Source: Hypanus sabinus
Taxonomy: Eukaryota
DNA: 64,000 nt
Direction: 5' to 3'
NCBI RefSeq assembly: GCF_030144855.1
Contig: NC_082711.1
Location: 158,906,001 to 158,970,000 of the forward strand
Of the stretch, positions 24,000 to 36,780 are shown in pieces (position 1 is the first letter of the stretch; each line of letters opens with the position of its first letter). The position numbers and the translations under genes were made by a program. Under the pieces are notes generated by a model, which saw only the letters and a list, made by a program, of their open reading frames with translations, searched no databases and had not been told where the DNA came from.

Positions 24000-24460
24000 A
24001 AGTGATTCTGGGAATGAGGAGCATTTGGCGGCATTGGGCCTGTACTCACTGGAATTTAGAAGAATGCTGGTGGGGTGGGGTGGTGTCTCGTTGAAACCTA
24101 CCTAATGTTGAACGGACTAAATAGGATGGACGTGGAGGGGGTATTTCCTATGGTGGAAGTATCCAGAACTAAACGGCACAGCCTCAGAATTGAGGAGCGA
24201 CCTTTTAGAACAGAATTAAGGTTTTTTCAGGCAGAGAGTAGTGAATCTGTGGAATCCTCTGCCACAGACTATGATGGAGGTCAAGTCCATGGGTATACTT
24301 AAGGCGAAAGTTGATCATTTCATGGTCAGGTAAGGCATCAAAGGGTAAGACGAGAAGCCAGGTGTATGGGGTTGAATGGGATCCAGGATCAGCCATGGAA
24401 TGGTGGAGCAGACTCAATGGGCTGAATGGTCTAATTCTGCTCCTTTGTCTTATGGTCTAA
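24000..24460 (+). mobile_element. CR1 3' end
   Basis: LVETYLMLNGLNRMDVEGVFPMVEVSRTKRHSLRI followed by the CR1 3' UTR. Confidence 0.85.
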
Positions 24461-24789
24461 ATGGGAACATCCTCACAGCGTCTATCCAAGCAAGCTCCCT
24501 TAATATTTTTTTTTATGTTTCAGTGAATATATGTCTACTACCAATAAACCAAGGGATCTCAAGATCACTAGATAATATCAATGCTGCATACTGAGTCAGA
24601 AAAATATACATCTGGACTGACAGCTTATTATATTTGAGAACCTTGTGCTTGTAGATAATTAAAGCAGTATTTTTAGATAAATTGTTACTGAGTATGGAGC
24701 ACAGAGTGAGTGGCACTGGCAGGAAATCTTTAGATAAGTAAGCTATTGTGAAGTGTTACTGCCTGGAACATCCTGCACTGCAGCTTTCA

Positions 24790-25560
24790 ATGGGTACATT
24801 TAATGCCAGAGAAATGTATACAATATACATCCTGAAATTCTTTTTCTTTGCAAGCATCCATGAAAACAGAGGAGTGCCCTAAAGAATAAATAACACTTAA
24901 ATGTTAGAACCCTAAAGCCCACCCCCAGCTCCCCCCTCCCACGCACAAGCAGCAGCAAGGCAATGACCCCCCTACCCCCACCAGAAAAATAGCATCGGTG
25001 CCCCCCCCCCGCCAAGCACTCAACTAGACTTGCAGTACCCCGAAGACTAATTGTTCACCAGATATTTGACATACCACAGGCTCTTTCTCTCTCTCCTTAA
25101 TAAGGGGAAAAGAGATCTTCCCATTTCACAGTGAGAGGGGAGACATAACAAAACAACTCATTGATTTATCATGAGAAAAGTCTGTTGCTTTGCCTTTTCC
25201 GAGCTCTGTGCCTCTGGGCACACAGCCAGCAGCAAGTCCACTGCTTCCGATGTTCCTCGTTCTCCCGTCACGCGTCGGTCAGCAGCACCAGTCTTGGATC
25301 AGCCTGCCTCCAGAGCCACAAATACCCGGCAACCTGAAGGTGCGCTGGTCTTCTAGGCTGCGTCCTTGCGTTATCGAAAAGCAGCTGGTCGCAAGACCCT
25401 GACAGCAAGTCCCATTCCCGCAAAGAACCGAAGTCAGTGTGTAATTCCAAGTCAGCATCTTCAAAAGAACCTTGAAATGGGAAAAAAGAGATATCAAAGA
25501 TAAAATAGAGCTGTTTCCAAAGATGCAAGCAAAGGAGTCGCTGTTTAGCGCTATCATCGC
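24790..25560 (-). mobile_element. Non-autonomous retroposon with Rex1-like 3' tail
   Basis: 3' tail on minus (gaatttcaggatgtatattgtatacatttctctggcattaaatg) resembles the Rex-type tails in this window. The body is GC/CpG-richer and has no RT motif. Confidence 0.5.
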
Positions 25561-25564
25561 TAAG

Positions 25565-25890
25565 CAAGGTGTGATATGGCAGTGTTACACAGCCACTCTG
25601 CTGCTTCAAAGTTCCAGTGATCCAGGTTTGATCCCGATCTCTGGTGCTTTCTGTGTGGAGCTTGTATCCAGTATGGTCCCATATCCCAAAGTTTTGCAGG
25701 TTGTTGGTAGGCTGATTGGCTACTGTAAGTTAACCAAAAAAAAAGATGGTCGATAGGAGAGGCAGGTTGATAAGCATGTGAGAGAGACACTTAAGTGGAA
25801 ATGATCTGGCAGGTGGGAGGAACGAGAGTAATACAAAATGTTCTAGGAGCCAGCTTAGATGTGATAAATGAAATGACCTCCTGCTATATG
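25565..25890 (+). mobile_element. HE1-like V-SINE
   Basis: tRNA-like head (ccaggtttgatcccg), ctgtgtggagcttgta V-domain start and CR1-like tail (aaatgacctcctgcta). Confidence 0.6.
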
Positions 25891-25901
25891 ACATGGAAAT
25901 A

Positions 25902-26125
25902 AACTCACTGGCCACTTTATTAGGTACACCAGACAGGAAAATAGAGGGCAGTGGGGAAGTCTGGTAATTTCTATGGTAGGGACATGTTCGGCACAACTTT
26001 GGGAGCTGAAGGTCCTGTATTGTGCTGTAGGTTTTCTATGTTTCTATGGTTCAAGCTGATAGGAAGGCAACAGTAACTCAAATAACCACACATTACAACA
26101 CTGATGCAAAGAATCTCCAAATGTT
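25902..26125 (+). mobile_element. Tc1 left end and transposase fragment, interrupted by a CR1 3' tail (~25938-26048)
   Basis: ta|aactcactggccactttattaggtacacc TIR, then VQADRKATVTQITTHYN. Confidence 0.7.
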
Positions 26126-27494
26126 TGGTAACTTCCTCAAAAATGTGCAAGATTGGTTAGGCACAAAGCTATGCTGACTATGTCTAGTCAGTCCCTCTCT
26201 ATCCAAATACTCATCTATCTGGTCCCTTAGAATACCTTCCAGTTACTTTCCCACTACTGATGTCAGGCTCATCGGCCTATTATTTCCAAGTTTATTTTTC
26301 GAGCTTTTCTTAAACAGCGGAACAATATTGGCTATCCTCCAATCCTCCAGCACCTAACCTGTCACTAAGGATGATTTAAATATCTTTACTAGGGCCTCAG
26401 AATTTCTGCACTTGACTTCTGCATGGGCCAAGGAAACACCCTAATTTCCCTCAAGACTGCATCACTTCCTCTTCTGTAATCTGTATAGAGTCTATGAAGT
26501 TGATGCCATTTTGCCTTACTTCTATAGAGTCTGTGTCCATCTCCTGAGTAAATGTCGATGCAAAGATGCATTTAAGATCTCCCCCATCTCTTTTGCCCAC
26601 ACGCATGGATTACCATTCTGATTTTCCAGAGGACATAGTTTGGTCCTTGCAATCCTTTTGCTCTTAACATATCTGTAGAATCCCTTTGGAATCTCCTTCA
26701 CCTTGTCTGCTAAGGCAACCTCATATCTTTTTTTCCTTAACCAGGGCTTCAATATCACTTGAAAGCCAAGAGACCTTGAAAATCTACACCTGTTATCTTT
26801 ACCTGTTATTCTGACAGTCACATACAAGCTTTGTAGTCTCAAATTTTCACTTTTGAAGGCCTCCCATTGATTAAGTACTCCTTTGCCAGAAGGCAGTCTA
26901 TCCTAATCCACACTTGTCAGATCCTTTCTGATACTGGTAGAATTGGACTTTCTCCAATTTCGAATTGCAGCCTGCAGACCAGCCCTAAACTTTTGCATAT
27001 TTACTTTGAACCTAATGGCACTGTGATCACTAGATGCAAAGTGTTCTCCAACACAAACTTCAGTCACCTGCCCTGTCTCATTCCCTAATAGCAAATCAAA
27101 TATCACACACTCTCTACATACTGGTTAAGAAAATGTTTTTGAACATATTTGATGAATTTTATCCCATCTAGTCATTTTACAATATGGGAGTCCCAGTCAA
27201 TATGTGGAAAGTTATAATCACTTGCTCTAACAACCTTATGTTTCTTGCAACAGTCTGCGATCTCTCTACAAATTTGTTCCTCTCAATCCCTCAGATTGTT
27301 GAGCGGGCTATAATAGCATTGTCATACCTTTCTTATGATTCAGTTCCACCTAAAATGCCTCACCCATCGAGTTCTCCAGTCTGTCCTGACTGAGCATTGC
27401 CGTGACACTTTCCTTGACAAGTAAAGCCACCCCTCCTCCTTTAATCCCTCCTGCTCTGCCATGTCTAAAACAATGGAAGCCCGGAATATTGAGC
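26125..27494 (-). mobile_element. CR1 LINE, endonuclease and linker region
   Basis: DLLLGNETGQVTEVCVGEHFASSDH and KRYEVALADKVKEIPKGFYRYVKSKR, homologous to the CR1 at 667-3200. Confidence 0.88.
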
Positions 27495-27576
27495 TCCTTT
27501 CCAGTCCTGATGAGGGGACTCGGCACAAAATGTCAACTGTGTATTCCTCACCATAGATGCTGCCTGACCTGCTGAA
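27495..27576 (+). mobile_element. Penelope-like terminal fragment with degenerate hammerhead
   Basis: cagtc-ctgatga-ggggactcggcac-aaaa-tgtc-aactg...atagatgctgcctgacctgctg. Confidence 0.75.
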
Positions 27577-28495
27577 TATTGGAATGGTAACATCTTGACT
27601 TGTGAGATGTAAAAGTAAGTAGAAAGGTGTAGGTGCGAGGGTGTCTACTTGACTGCCATTCAGTGGGGGCAGGGGTCATTTAGAACCACTGTTAGAAAAG
27701 TGTATGGATGATGCAAGGTCAATGATGTGGTAGACTGAAATAAGTCCTTACACAGATCATTTAATAGAGGTAGATTTAAAGTAAATCCTTCATTTAATGG
27801 AGCTTCCCCTATTCCACTCTGATTTTTATAAATTTTGCTTCCAACTTTGCAACCTCACTTTATTAAACTCCGTGGAGGCAAAATTCATCTGGGTAAGTAG
27901 CACAGAGTGTGTGATAACGAATTGCCGGTTTGTGTTCCACATTTATATCAGAAAGCGAAGCATAATGAAATAAATCAAGAGTTTATCTTTCCAGCTCAAA
28001 CTGTTTGTAATTAATATTTCATTTCAAGGGATCCTGTTGTAGTATTTGCTCTTTTGGGTAAAGCAATAAAGTAAGCAATAGGATGTTGTGTGCAGAACAG
28101 AGGTTACACGAGCTCTGATATTCAGAGCCTATCTCGGAAGGTTCTCGTATTGTTATTGATTTTTTTTGAAGGAGGATGTTTCTTGTGACTTGCTGATTTG
28201 GCTCTGCAAAATTTTGCATTGATTTTCCCCTTAGGGTGTGACAAACTTTACTACACTATAGTTGGAGCCAAATATCAGATTTATATAGAAGTCATAAATT
28301 CTTATTGCAATAAATGAGAACAATCTCAGGGAGAAATCTAACCAAGCTCAAGCCATTGTTCACGTTGTAACTTGGACTGGATTTGATTGAGGAAACAATA
28401 AGAGAAGGCAGAGACTATTAAATCGAAAGGTACAAAGAACTCGAAGGCTTGCTTTCCATTTTGTGACTCTTGATGAAGTCTTTATTTTAGGCACA

Positions 28496-29046
28496 CGCTC
28501 AGTGGCCACTTTATAAGATACATGAAGTAGCTAGTAAAGTCGCCACTGGGTGTATGTTCCTGGTCTTCTGCTGCTGTAGCCCATCCAATTCAAGGTGTGT
28601 GTTCAGAGATGCTCTTTGGCACACCACTGTTGTAACATGTGGTTATTTGAGTTACTGTTACCTTCCTGTCAGCCGTCTGGCCGTTCTCCCCTGACCTCTC
28701 TCATTAATAAGGCATTTTTCCCTACAGAACAGAAGCTCACTGGATGTTTGTTTTTTTTTTGCACCATTCTCTGTAAACTCTAGAGACTGTTGTACGTGAA
28801 AAACCAGGAGATGAGCAGTTTCGGAGTACTCAATCCTCTCTATCTGGCACCAAATATTATTCCACAGTCAAAGTCACTTAGATCACATTTCTTCCCCATT
28901 CTGATGTTTGGTCTGAACAACATCTGAACCTCTTGACCATGTCGGCCATCTTTTATGCATTGAGTTGCTGCCATGTGATTGGCTAATTAGATATTTGCAT
29001 TCATAAGTAGGTGTACAAGTGCCCCTAAAAATGTGACCACTGAGTA
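28496..29046 (-). mobile_element. Non-autonomous Tc1 element with three TIRs
   Basis: Degenerate 57-bp TIR hairpin at 28496-28552 and terminal TIR ending ~29046 then TA. The minus strand encodes MGKKCDLSDFDCGII...VSRVYREWC (Tc1 N-terminal HTH). Confidence 0.85.
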
Positions 29047-29541
29047 TATTATTACCTAGCAGAATATTTCATGAGGATGACAAGTACCAGCAGCAGAAAT
29101 AACTTTCATTTGACTTAGCTAACATAGAATCATCAAGCAAAGTGAATATCACGAAAGTAATCTGACTGGAAGTTTTGATGACTATAATTTGCAGGACTGA
29201 TTTTTCTGTCACTGCACCCAGGACTATTAAATCAATTGAAGTTAGGAGACAAGGTATAGAAGTGAGTGGAAGGGACTGTGTCCAATTTCTCTACAATTGC
29301 TGTTCCTGGTGAACCCCAAAGATCTTGGCTGCAGGAATAGAAATACCTTCTCCTAACTCTTTCATATCCATACTCACCTAGTCATTAATGTGTTCTGCTA
29401 TTTTGCATTCAGCATAGTGTGAGGCAAAATATTGTCTTTGTCATTCACTCAGTTGAACTGTTATGAGGCAGAAGTTTGTGGCTTAAAGTTCCATTCTGGA
29501 GAATGAGCAAACAGTTTCTACACAGAGGTGTACTGAGGAGC

Positions 29542-30070
29542 ATAGAACAGAGAAATCTACAACACGTTACAGGCCCTTCAGCCCATCATGTTGTGCCGAC
29601 CATGTAACCTACTCCAGAAGCTGCCTAGAATTTCCCGAGCACATAGCCCTCTATTTTTCTAAGCTCCATGTACTTGGCTAAGAGGCTCTTAAAAGACCCT
29701 ATTGTTTCCAATTCCACCACCGCTGCCGGCAGTGCATTCCACACACCCACCACTCTCTGTGTGGAAAACTTACCCCTGACATCCTCTCGGTACCTATTTC
29801 CAAGCACGTTAAAACTGTGCCCCCTCATGTTAACCATTTCAGCCCTGGGAAAATGGGGTGACTCTGGCTATCCACACAATCAATGCCCCTCATCATCTTA
29901 TACACCTCTATCAGATCACCACTTATCCTTCATCACTCCAAGGAGAAAAGGCCAAGTTCACTCAACCTATTCTCATAAGGTACGCCCTCCAATCCAGGCA
30001 ACATCCTTGTAGATCTCCTCTGCACTCTCTCTATAGCATCCACATCCCTACTGTAGTGAGGTGACCAGAA
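29542..30070 (-). mobile_element. Relatively young CR1 3' end
   Basis: RGHSFNVLGNRYREDVRGKFSTQRVVGVWNALP, the same subfamily as 61095-61385. Confidence 0.9.
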
Positions 30071-30489
30071 ATGACGTTTTGACATTTTTAAAATGTGCCA
30101 TTTTTCAATCGGGACTTTAGAGCAAGGTCTGATTTCTTATTAGTTGGATGCAAGAAATCTTATGGCACTTTGTCTTCTCAGGCATACTCTTGGGTTTGAT
30201 GATGGCTTAATTCTTCTCCAGTTCTGAGATGACTGATGAAACTTCTGTAGAAACTGGGTGGGTGGTGGTTAACAGGACAGGCTGGTATATAGTTTGTGAT
30301 GTGGTGTGTTCCTTCCCACGTTTACACGGGCTAATGTGTGTTCCCTGAGCATGGACACAAAGATGAATTCAGTCACAAGCCAGGGATTCCTAGAAGTTGG
30401 TTGCTATATTTGATCAAGAAGGGTCTGCACACAACCTTGAACCTTTCTCTGTCCACGACAGAACTTGGAATTGTGCTGTGCTTTAGGTG

Positions 30490-30690
30490 ATACTAAAGAA
30501 TACAGGTTCCAGTATCTGGAGTGAACAATAAACTGCTGGAAGAACTCAGCTGGTCGACCTGCATCACTTGGGGGGGGGGGGAGGAAGGAATTGTCCACAT
30601 TGTGAGTCAAGACCCTGCATCGATACTGACAGCGGAGAGAAAGGGCAGTTGATAGAAAGACAAGAGAGGGAGGGATGAAATTGGTGCCAG
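30490..30690 (-). mobile_element. Old Penelope-like 3' end
   Basis: actgctggaagaactcagc...gagtcaagaccctgcatc signature. Confidence 0.6.
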
Positions 30691-31024
30691 TATATGATTC
30701 TGTTTCCTGAATCTGGAGTTGAGCATGCAGTAACCCACCTGATGGAGCTGACTAATTACAATTCAGGCCTCAGTGCTGGGGTGTTAGCCTGGGAAAGGCT
30801 GCTGACATTGGTTCACATATTCTTCTGGTGGGTTTGGAGGAGTGTATGAAGGCAGCATCAGCGGAGGATATCCAGTAACTTGAGCTGCGTGCTGTACATA
30901 GTTTAGGTCTTAGAATTATTCTGGAGGGCAGGGATCACGGCTGTTCGTTAGGTGGTGCCAGATTTGAAGTTGATGCACAAAAAACCCTTTTTCTCAATGT
31001 TCCAAAAGCTTGCTTTAAAGTAAA

Positions 31025-31845
31025 GAAAGCTTTTAGCACATTGGCCTTCAGAAATCAAAGTATTGAATACAGGAATTGGGATGTTATGTTGAAGTTGTAT
31101 GAGATATTGGTGAGGCCTGAATTGGAGTATTGTGTGTAGTTTTGGTCACCTACCTACAGGAAAGGTGTGAAAACAAGAGAAACTCTGTAGATGCTGGAAA
31201 TTCAAGCAACACACACACAATCCTGGAGGAACTCAGCAGGCCAGGCAGCATCTATAGAAAAGAGTATAGTCAATGTCTTGGGCTGAGACCCTTCATCAGG
31301 ATTGAAGAAAAAAAAGATGATAGGAGCCAGAGTTAGAAGGTGGAGGGAGTGGAGCACCATCTGAAGATGTAAATAAGATTAAAAGAGTCCAGAGAAAATT
31401 TACAAAGATGTTGCCGGGACTGGAGGACCTGAATTATAAGGAAGGATTGAATAGATTAGGACTGTATTCCTTGGAACATAGAAGATTGAGGGGATATTTG
31501 ATAGAGATATACAAAATTATGAGGGGTTCAGATAGGGTGGATGCAAGTTCACCACCAAGGTTGGGTGGGACTATAACTAGAAGTCATGGGTTAAAGGGTG
31601 AAAGGTGCAAAGTTTAAAACATGAAGGGAAACTTTTTCATTCAGAGGCTCATGAGAGTGTGGGACAAGCTTCTAGCACAAGTGGTGCATGTGAGCGTGAA
31701 ATCAATGTTTAAGAAAAGTTTGGATAGGTACATGGATAACAGGGGTACGGAGGGCTATGGTCCAGGTGCAGGTCAATGGGAGTAGGCAGTTTAAATGGGC
31801 TGAAGGGTATATTTCTGTGCCGTACTTTTGTATGACTCCATGACC
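31025..31845 (+). mobile_element. CR1 3' portion interrupted by a Penelope end (~31170-31360, minus)
   Basis: LVRPELEYCV..WSP and MLPGLEDLNYKEGLNRLGLYSLE. The insert carries gggctgagacccttcatcagga (antisense hammerhead). Confidence 0.85.
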
Positions 31846-32179
31846 AAAGATATTGCTGGCACAAAGACTCTGAAGGTTGTCAGAACAGGCAGCAATAAGT
31901 TCGACTGATCAGCACCTAATCTATTATCTGTTATCACCTGTTAACACCTAATCTGTTATCTCCAGCATCAACTGAAGGATTATTGTAAGAAGATGAAGGG
32001 TGAAGAACCCCACAAAGATAGCTCATCTCAGAAGGGACCTTATAAACAGCCTATTGACATGCAGCCAAGAAGAAGGAACTCTTAGAAGACCACAACGTGG
32101 GAACTCTGTCCATGCAGTGAGAATCCTTAATCCATCTCACATTTGCCAATTTAGTCCAACCTTATCACTCTCTCAATGT

Positions 32180-32510
32180 TTGCATTTGGGAAGGGGTGGA
32201 TATAAAAGGAGACCTCAAAGATATCGTAATCATGATCACCTTCAGGAAAGAAGACAAACACAGCTGTAGTAACTGCAGATGGATTTCCCTGTTGTCCACC
32301 ACCTACAGGGAAAATCATTGCCTGTTTCTTCTTCAACAGGACTTGCCAGTGACCAGAGAGCTGCTCACTAAATTGCAACAAGGATTTTATCCAACTAACC
32401 ACACAGTGGACATGACCTTCACAGTACATGGCTCCAAGAGAAATACAGGAGGCAGCATCAATCTCTATAGATTGCCTCTTATGACCTCACTAAAGCCTTT
32501 GACTCCATTA
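32180..32510 (+). mobile_element. RTE-clade LINE RT fragment
   Basis: DLKDIVIMITFRKEDKHSCSNCRWISLLST...LQQGFYP..TVDMTF...YDLTKAFDS. Confidence 0.75.
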
Positions 32511-32514
32511 TTTC

Positions 32515-32610
32515 CAGTGTCCTGATCAATATCTATCCCTCAATAACATAAAAAATGTCATGGTATTATGAGCACAAATTGGCTGCTGATTTCCTGTATT
32601 ATAACTCTTA
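32515..32610 (+). mobile_element. Deu-domain (SacSINE1/AmnSINE1-like) SINE remnant
   Basis: gtgtcctgatcaatatctatccctcaa...cacaaattggctgctgatttcctgtattataac resembles my recollection of the Deu core. Confidence 0.6.
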
Positions 32611-32624
32611 TTGGCTAAGATCAA

Positions 32625-33575
32625 AAAAGTTCGAAGTTCAAAGTAAGTTTATTATCATAGTACATACACTCAGTGGCCACTTTATTAGGTACCTCCTGTG
32701 CCTAATAAAGTGGCCACTGAGTGTATGTCTGTGACCTTCTGCTGCTGTAGCCCATCCACTTCAAGGTTCAATGTTTTGTGCTCTTCTGCACACCACTGTT
32801 GTAACATGTGGTTATTTGAGTTACCGTCACGCTCCTGTCTGTTTGAATAGCCTGGCCATTCTTCTCAGACCTCTCTCATTAAGAAGTGGCTACTGGGTGT
32901 GCAGTATACCGTCTGTCACCAAATGCTACCCCGAGATTCATTTCCTTGCAGACATTTGCGGTAAAAAGCAAGAAAAAGTAAAGAATTGATGCAAACCTGC
33001 ACACGGACAAACAATGTGCAAAAAATAAAAAAGGTGTAAATAAAAAAAAGAAAAATTAAACAAAAAAAATAATATTGAGAAGTTGAGTTGTAGAGTTCTT
33101 GAAAGTGAGTCCATAGATTGTGGAATCAGTTCAGTGTTGGGGTGAGTAAAGTTATCCACTCTGGTTCTGATGGCTGAGGGGTAATAACTGTTCCTGAACC
33201 TGGTTGTGTCAGAACTAAGAGTCCTGTATCTACTTCCTAATGGCAGCAGTGAGAAGAGTGCATTGCCTGTGTGATGGGTGTCCTCAGAATGCATGCTCTT
33301 CTCCTGCAATGTGCACCATGGTGGGGAAGGTTTCATCTGTGATGGACTGTGCTGTATCCACTACTTTTTGTAGGCTTTTCTGTTCAAAGACATTAGTGTT
33401 TCCATACCAGTCTGTGATACATCCAGTCAGTGTACTCTCCACCATGCATCTATAAAAATTTGCCAAAGTTTTTGATGACATGCCAAATTTTTGCCAACTT
33501 GTACGAAAGTAGAGGCACTGCCATACTTTCTCTGTAATGGCACTTGTGTGCCAGACTCAGGACAGATCCTCTGAA
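32625..33575 (-). mobile_element. Rex1-type LINE 3' portion
   Basis: MSSKTLANFYRCMVESTLTGCITDWYGN and LFSLLPLGSRYR. aagttcaaagtaagtttattatca tail. Confidence 0.85.
32667..32899. mobile_element. Short non-autonomous Tc1 element with three TIRs
   Basis: TA|57-bp TIR hairpin (32667-32723)|TA, same body start as the other copies, and a degenerate terminal TIR aagtggctactgggtg. Confidence 0.8.
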
Positions 33576-34644
33576 ATAACAAAATTCATTATATACATGA
33601 AAATCTGTCTCTGACAGCCATTACAAGTTTGCCATGTTTATTATAAACAAATAAAAAAAATTGGTCCTAATCTTTTATTGCCCATCATTGGCTCAGTTTG
33701 ACCTTGAAGTGGTTTAACCTGCACTGGAGAACTACTCATACAAATTGATAAAATATCCCTATTACCTCTTTAGACATTGTTGTTCTTAGTTCACAAAATC
33801 TCTCTGCCTGCTCCCTCCAGGTGATTTATGGCTGTACATTGTGTAGGCATTCCACATCTGACACCACGAAACTGGAGGTTTTGCTATCAAGATTTTACAC
33901 GCTCATGGTGTCTAGCAAAACAACTCTTAGGATTTATGCCACTTGATGTGAGCTCATTTAACAGAGGCTGAGATGAGACAAGAGAAAATGTTTGGTATAA
34001 CATGATACCAATGCAATCTGTAGCCATAAATTTGGTTCAGTAAGGTATCAACCCATTTTGACTATATACATGGTCAATGAGTTGCTGTCTATCTTCAGGG
34101 ATATGGTCTGTTTTTGGAAATTGTTTCCTTTTTAAAGAGGCATTAGTCAAAGCCTCACCCATTTCTTCAGAGTGATGTAAATGCCTGAAATTACATGAGG
34201 ATGTCATCAGCAGTTTGAGATCTGCCTGTTTTGCCTATGGTCATTTACACTGATGTTTTTTGCCAATATCATTAGATTAGGCTCAAATACATGGATCAGC
34301 ATAAAGCAGCGTAACAATCAAGGCTGGTGAAAAGTGGAAATTCACACAGTATAAGTACAAAGATTAATGCTTGAAGCCACATAAGCACCACTGGTTCAAA
34401 ATATTCACAGCATACTTAAAATTATGCGATCATGGAAGCTTTCTAACTTTCAACATAGCTGATGTGTTTACCCCAAAACAGTGCAACAGTGCACATAACA
34501 GTAAGGAAGAATTTCAAATAAGTAACACACCAAAAGTATTAATTTTATATCCCACTCCACATGAAAATATGAGTGCAATTTTGCATGACTTGAATCGGGC
34601 AAGTTATATTTACCAGAGTTATTGGTGGAACAGGAGAACTGGAT

Positions 34645-36780
34645 CAAAGTTCAAACTAACTTTATTATAAAAACACATACATATATATCACCATATACAA
34701 CCCTAAGATTCGTTTTCTTGTGGGCATACACAATAAATCCAAAACACACAATAGAATTATTGAAAGACTGCACTCAACAGGATGGTCAAAAAACAATGTG
34801 CAAAAGATAAAGTGTGGAAATACACAAAAGAAATAAATACACAATAAATATAGAGAACATGAAGTGAAGGGTTCTTGAAAGTGAAACCATAGGTTATGGG
34901 AGCATTTCAATGATGGGACGAGTGAAGTTGAGTGGAGTTATCCTCTGATTCAGGAGCCTGATGGTTGAGGGGTAATAACTGTCCCTGAACCAGGTGGTGT
35001 GGATCCTGTGGGTCCTGAGGCTCCTGAACCTTACTCATGACGGCAGGAATGAGAAGTGAAGAAGAGAGCTTGGTCTGGGTTGGGGTGTAGTCCTTGCTGA
35101 TGTATGCTGCTTTTCTGTGAGAGCATTCCATGTCGATGTGACCAATGGTGGGAAGCACTTTACCTGTGATGGATTGGGCTACATCCATTACTATTTGTAG
35201 GATTTTCCATTCAGGGGCATGGTTGTGTCCATTACAGACTATGGCGCAACCAGTCAATATACTTTCTATCACACATCCACAGAAGCTTGTCAAAGTTTTC
35301 AAAGTTCAAAATTCGAAGTAAATTTTATTATCAGAGTACGTATATGTCACCACATACGCACCTGAGTTTCTTTTTTCTGCAAGCATACTGAGAAAATCTA
35401 TAGAATAGTAATTATAACAGGATCAATGAAAGATCAAATGGAGCATAGATGACAACAAACTGTACAAATGCAAATATAAGCAAGTAGCATTAAATAATGA
35501 GAGCATGAAATAACAAGATAAAGACTTCTTAAAGTGGGATCATTGGTTGTGGGAACATAATAGATGAGTATAGTTATTCCCTTTTGTTCAGGAGCCTGAT
35601 GGTTGAGGGCTAGTAACTGTTCTTGCACCTGGTGGTGCGAGCCTTGAAGCTCTTTTACCTTCTACCTGATGGCAGCAGCGAGAAAAAACGTGGGCTGGGT
35701 TGTGAGGATCTTTGATGATGGATGCTGCTTTTACAGTTCCAAAACCATTACCTTCGGTAGGATTTTCTGTTCAAAGCCATCAGCATTTCCATACCAGGTT
35801 GTGATGCAGCCACTCAATACACTCTCCACTACACATCCGTAGACGCTTGTCAAAGTTCTTGATGTCATGCCAAATTTCTGCCGGCTCCTAAGGAAGTAGA
35901 GATGCTGTTGTGCTTTCTTTGCAATTGCGTTCGTATGTTGGGTCCAGGACAGGTCATCTTAGACAGTAACACCCAGGAATTTTAAGTTACTGACCCGCTC
36001 CATCTCTGATCCTCTGATGAGGACTGGCTCATTGACCTCCGGTTTCCCTCTAATGAAGTTTATAATCAGTTCATTGGTCTTGCTAATGTTGTTATTATGA
36101 CATCACTCAACCAAATATTCAATCTCCCTCCTGTATGCTGATTCATCACGACCTTTGATACGGCCCACAACAGTGGTGTCATCAACAAACTTGAATATGG
36201 TGTTGGAGTTGTGCTTAGCCACACAGTCATAGGTGTAAAGTGAGTAGAGCAGGGGGTTAAGCACACAGCCCTGTGGTGCACCTCTGCTGATGGAAATCAT
36301 GGAGGAGATGTTTGGCCAATCCAAATTGAGTAGGGTCTACAAGTGAGGAAATCACGATCTAATTACACTAGGGGGTATTGCAGCCCAGGTCTCGGAATTT
36401 ACTGATTATTTTGAGGGGATGATGGTGTCAAATGCTGAGCTGTAGTCAATAAAGAGCATCCTGATGTATGCATCTTTGCTGTCCGGATGTTCCAGGGTTA
36501 TGTGAAGACCCAATGAGGTGGCATCTGCTGTGGACCTGTTGCTCTGTTAGGCAAACTGGAGCTGATCCAAGTTGCCACTCAGATAGGAGCTAATATGTTT
36601 CATTACCAGCCTCTCATGCCGAATCTTCGCAAACTTCTAAGGAAGGAGATGCGCTGCTGTGCTTTTTTTCACAATGCCACTTATGTGCTGGGCCCAGGAC
36701 GGATCATCTGAAATGATAACAGCAAGGGATTTAAAGTTGCTGACTGCATCCACCTCTTATGCGACGATGAGAACTAGATG
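34645..36780 (-). mobile_element. Nested Rex1-type LINE 3' portions (at least two copies)
   Basis: GAPQGCVLNPLLYSLYTYDCVAKHNSNTIFKFVDDTTVVG (RT FADD region). Two separate 3' tails at ~34645 and ~35305. Confidence 0.88.

Noticed and set aside
28019-28219. 66-aa minus-strand ORF as a coding exon
   Set aside because: No recognisable homology and no convincing splice signals.
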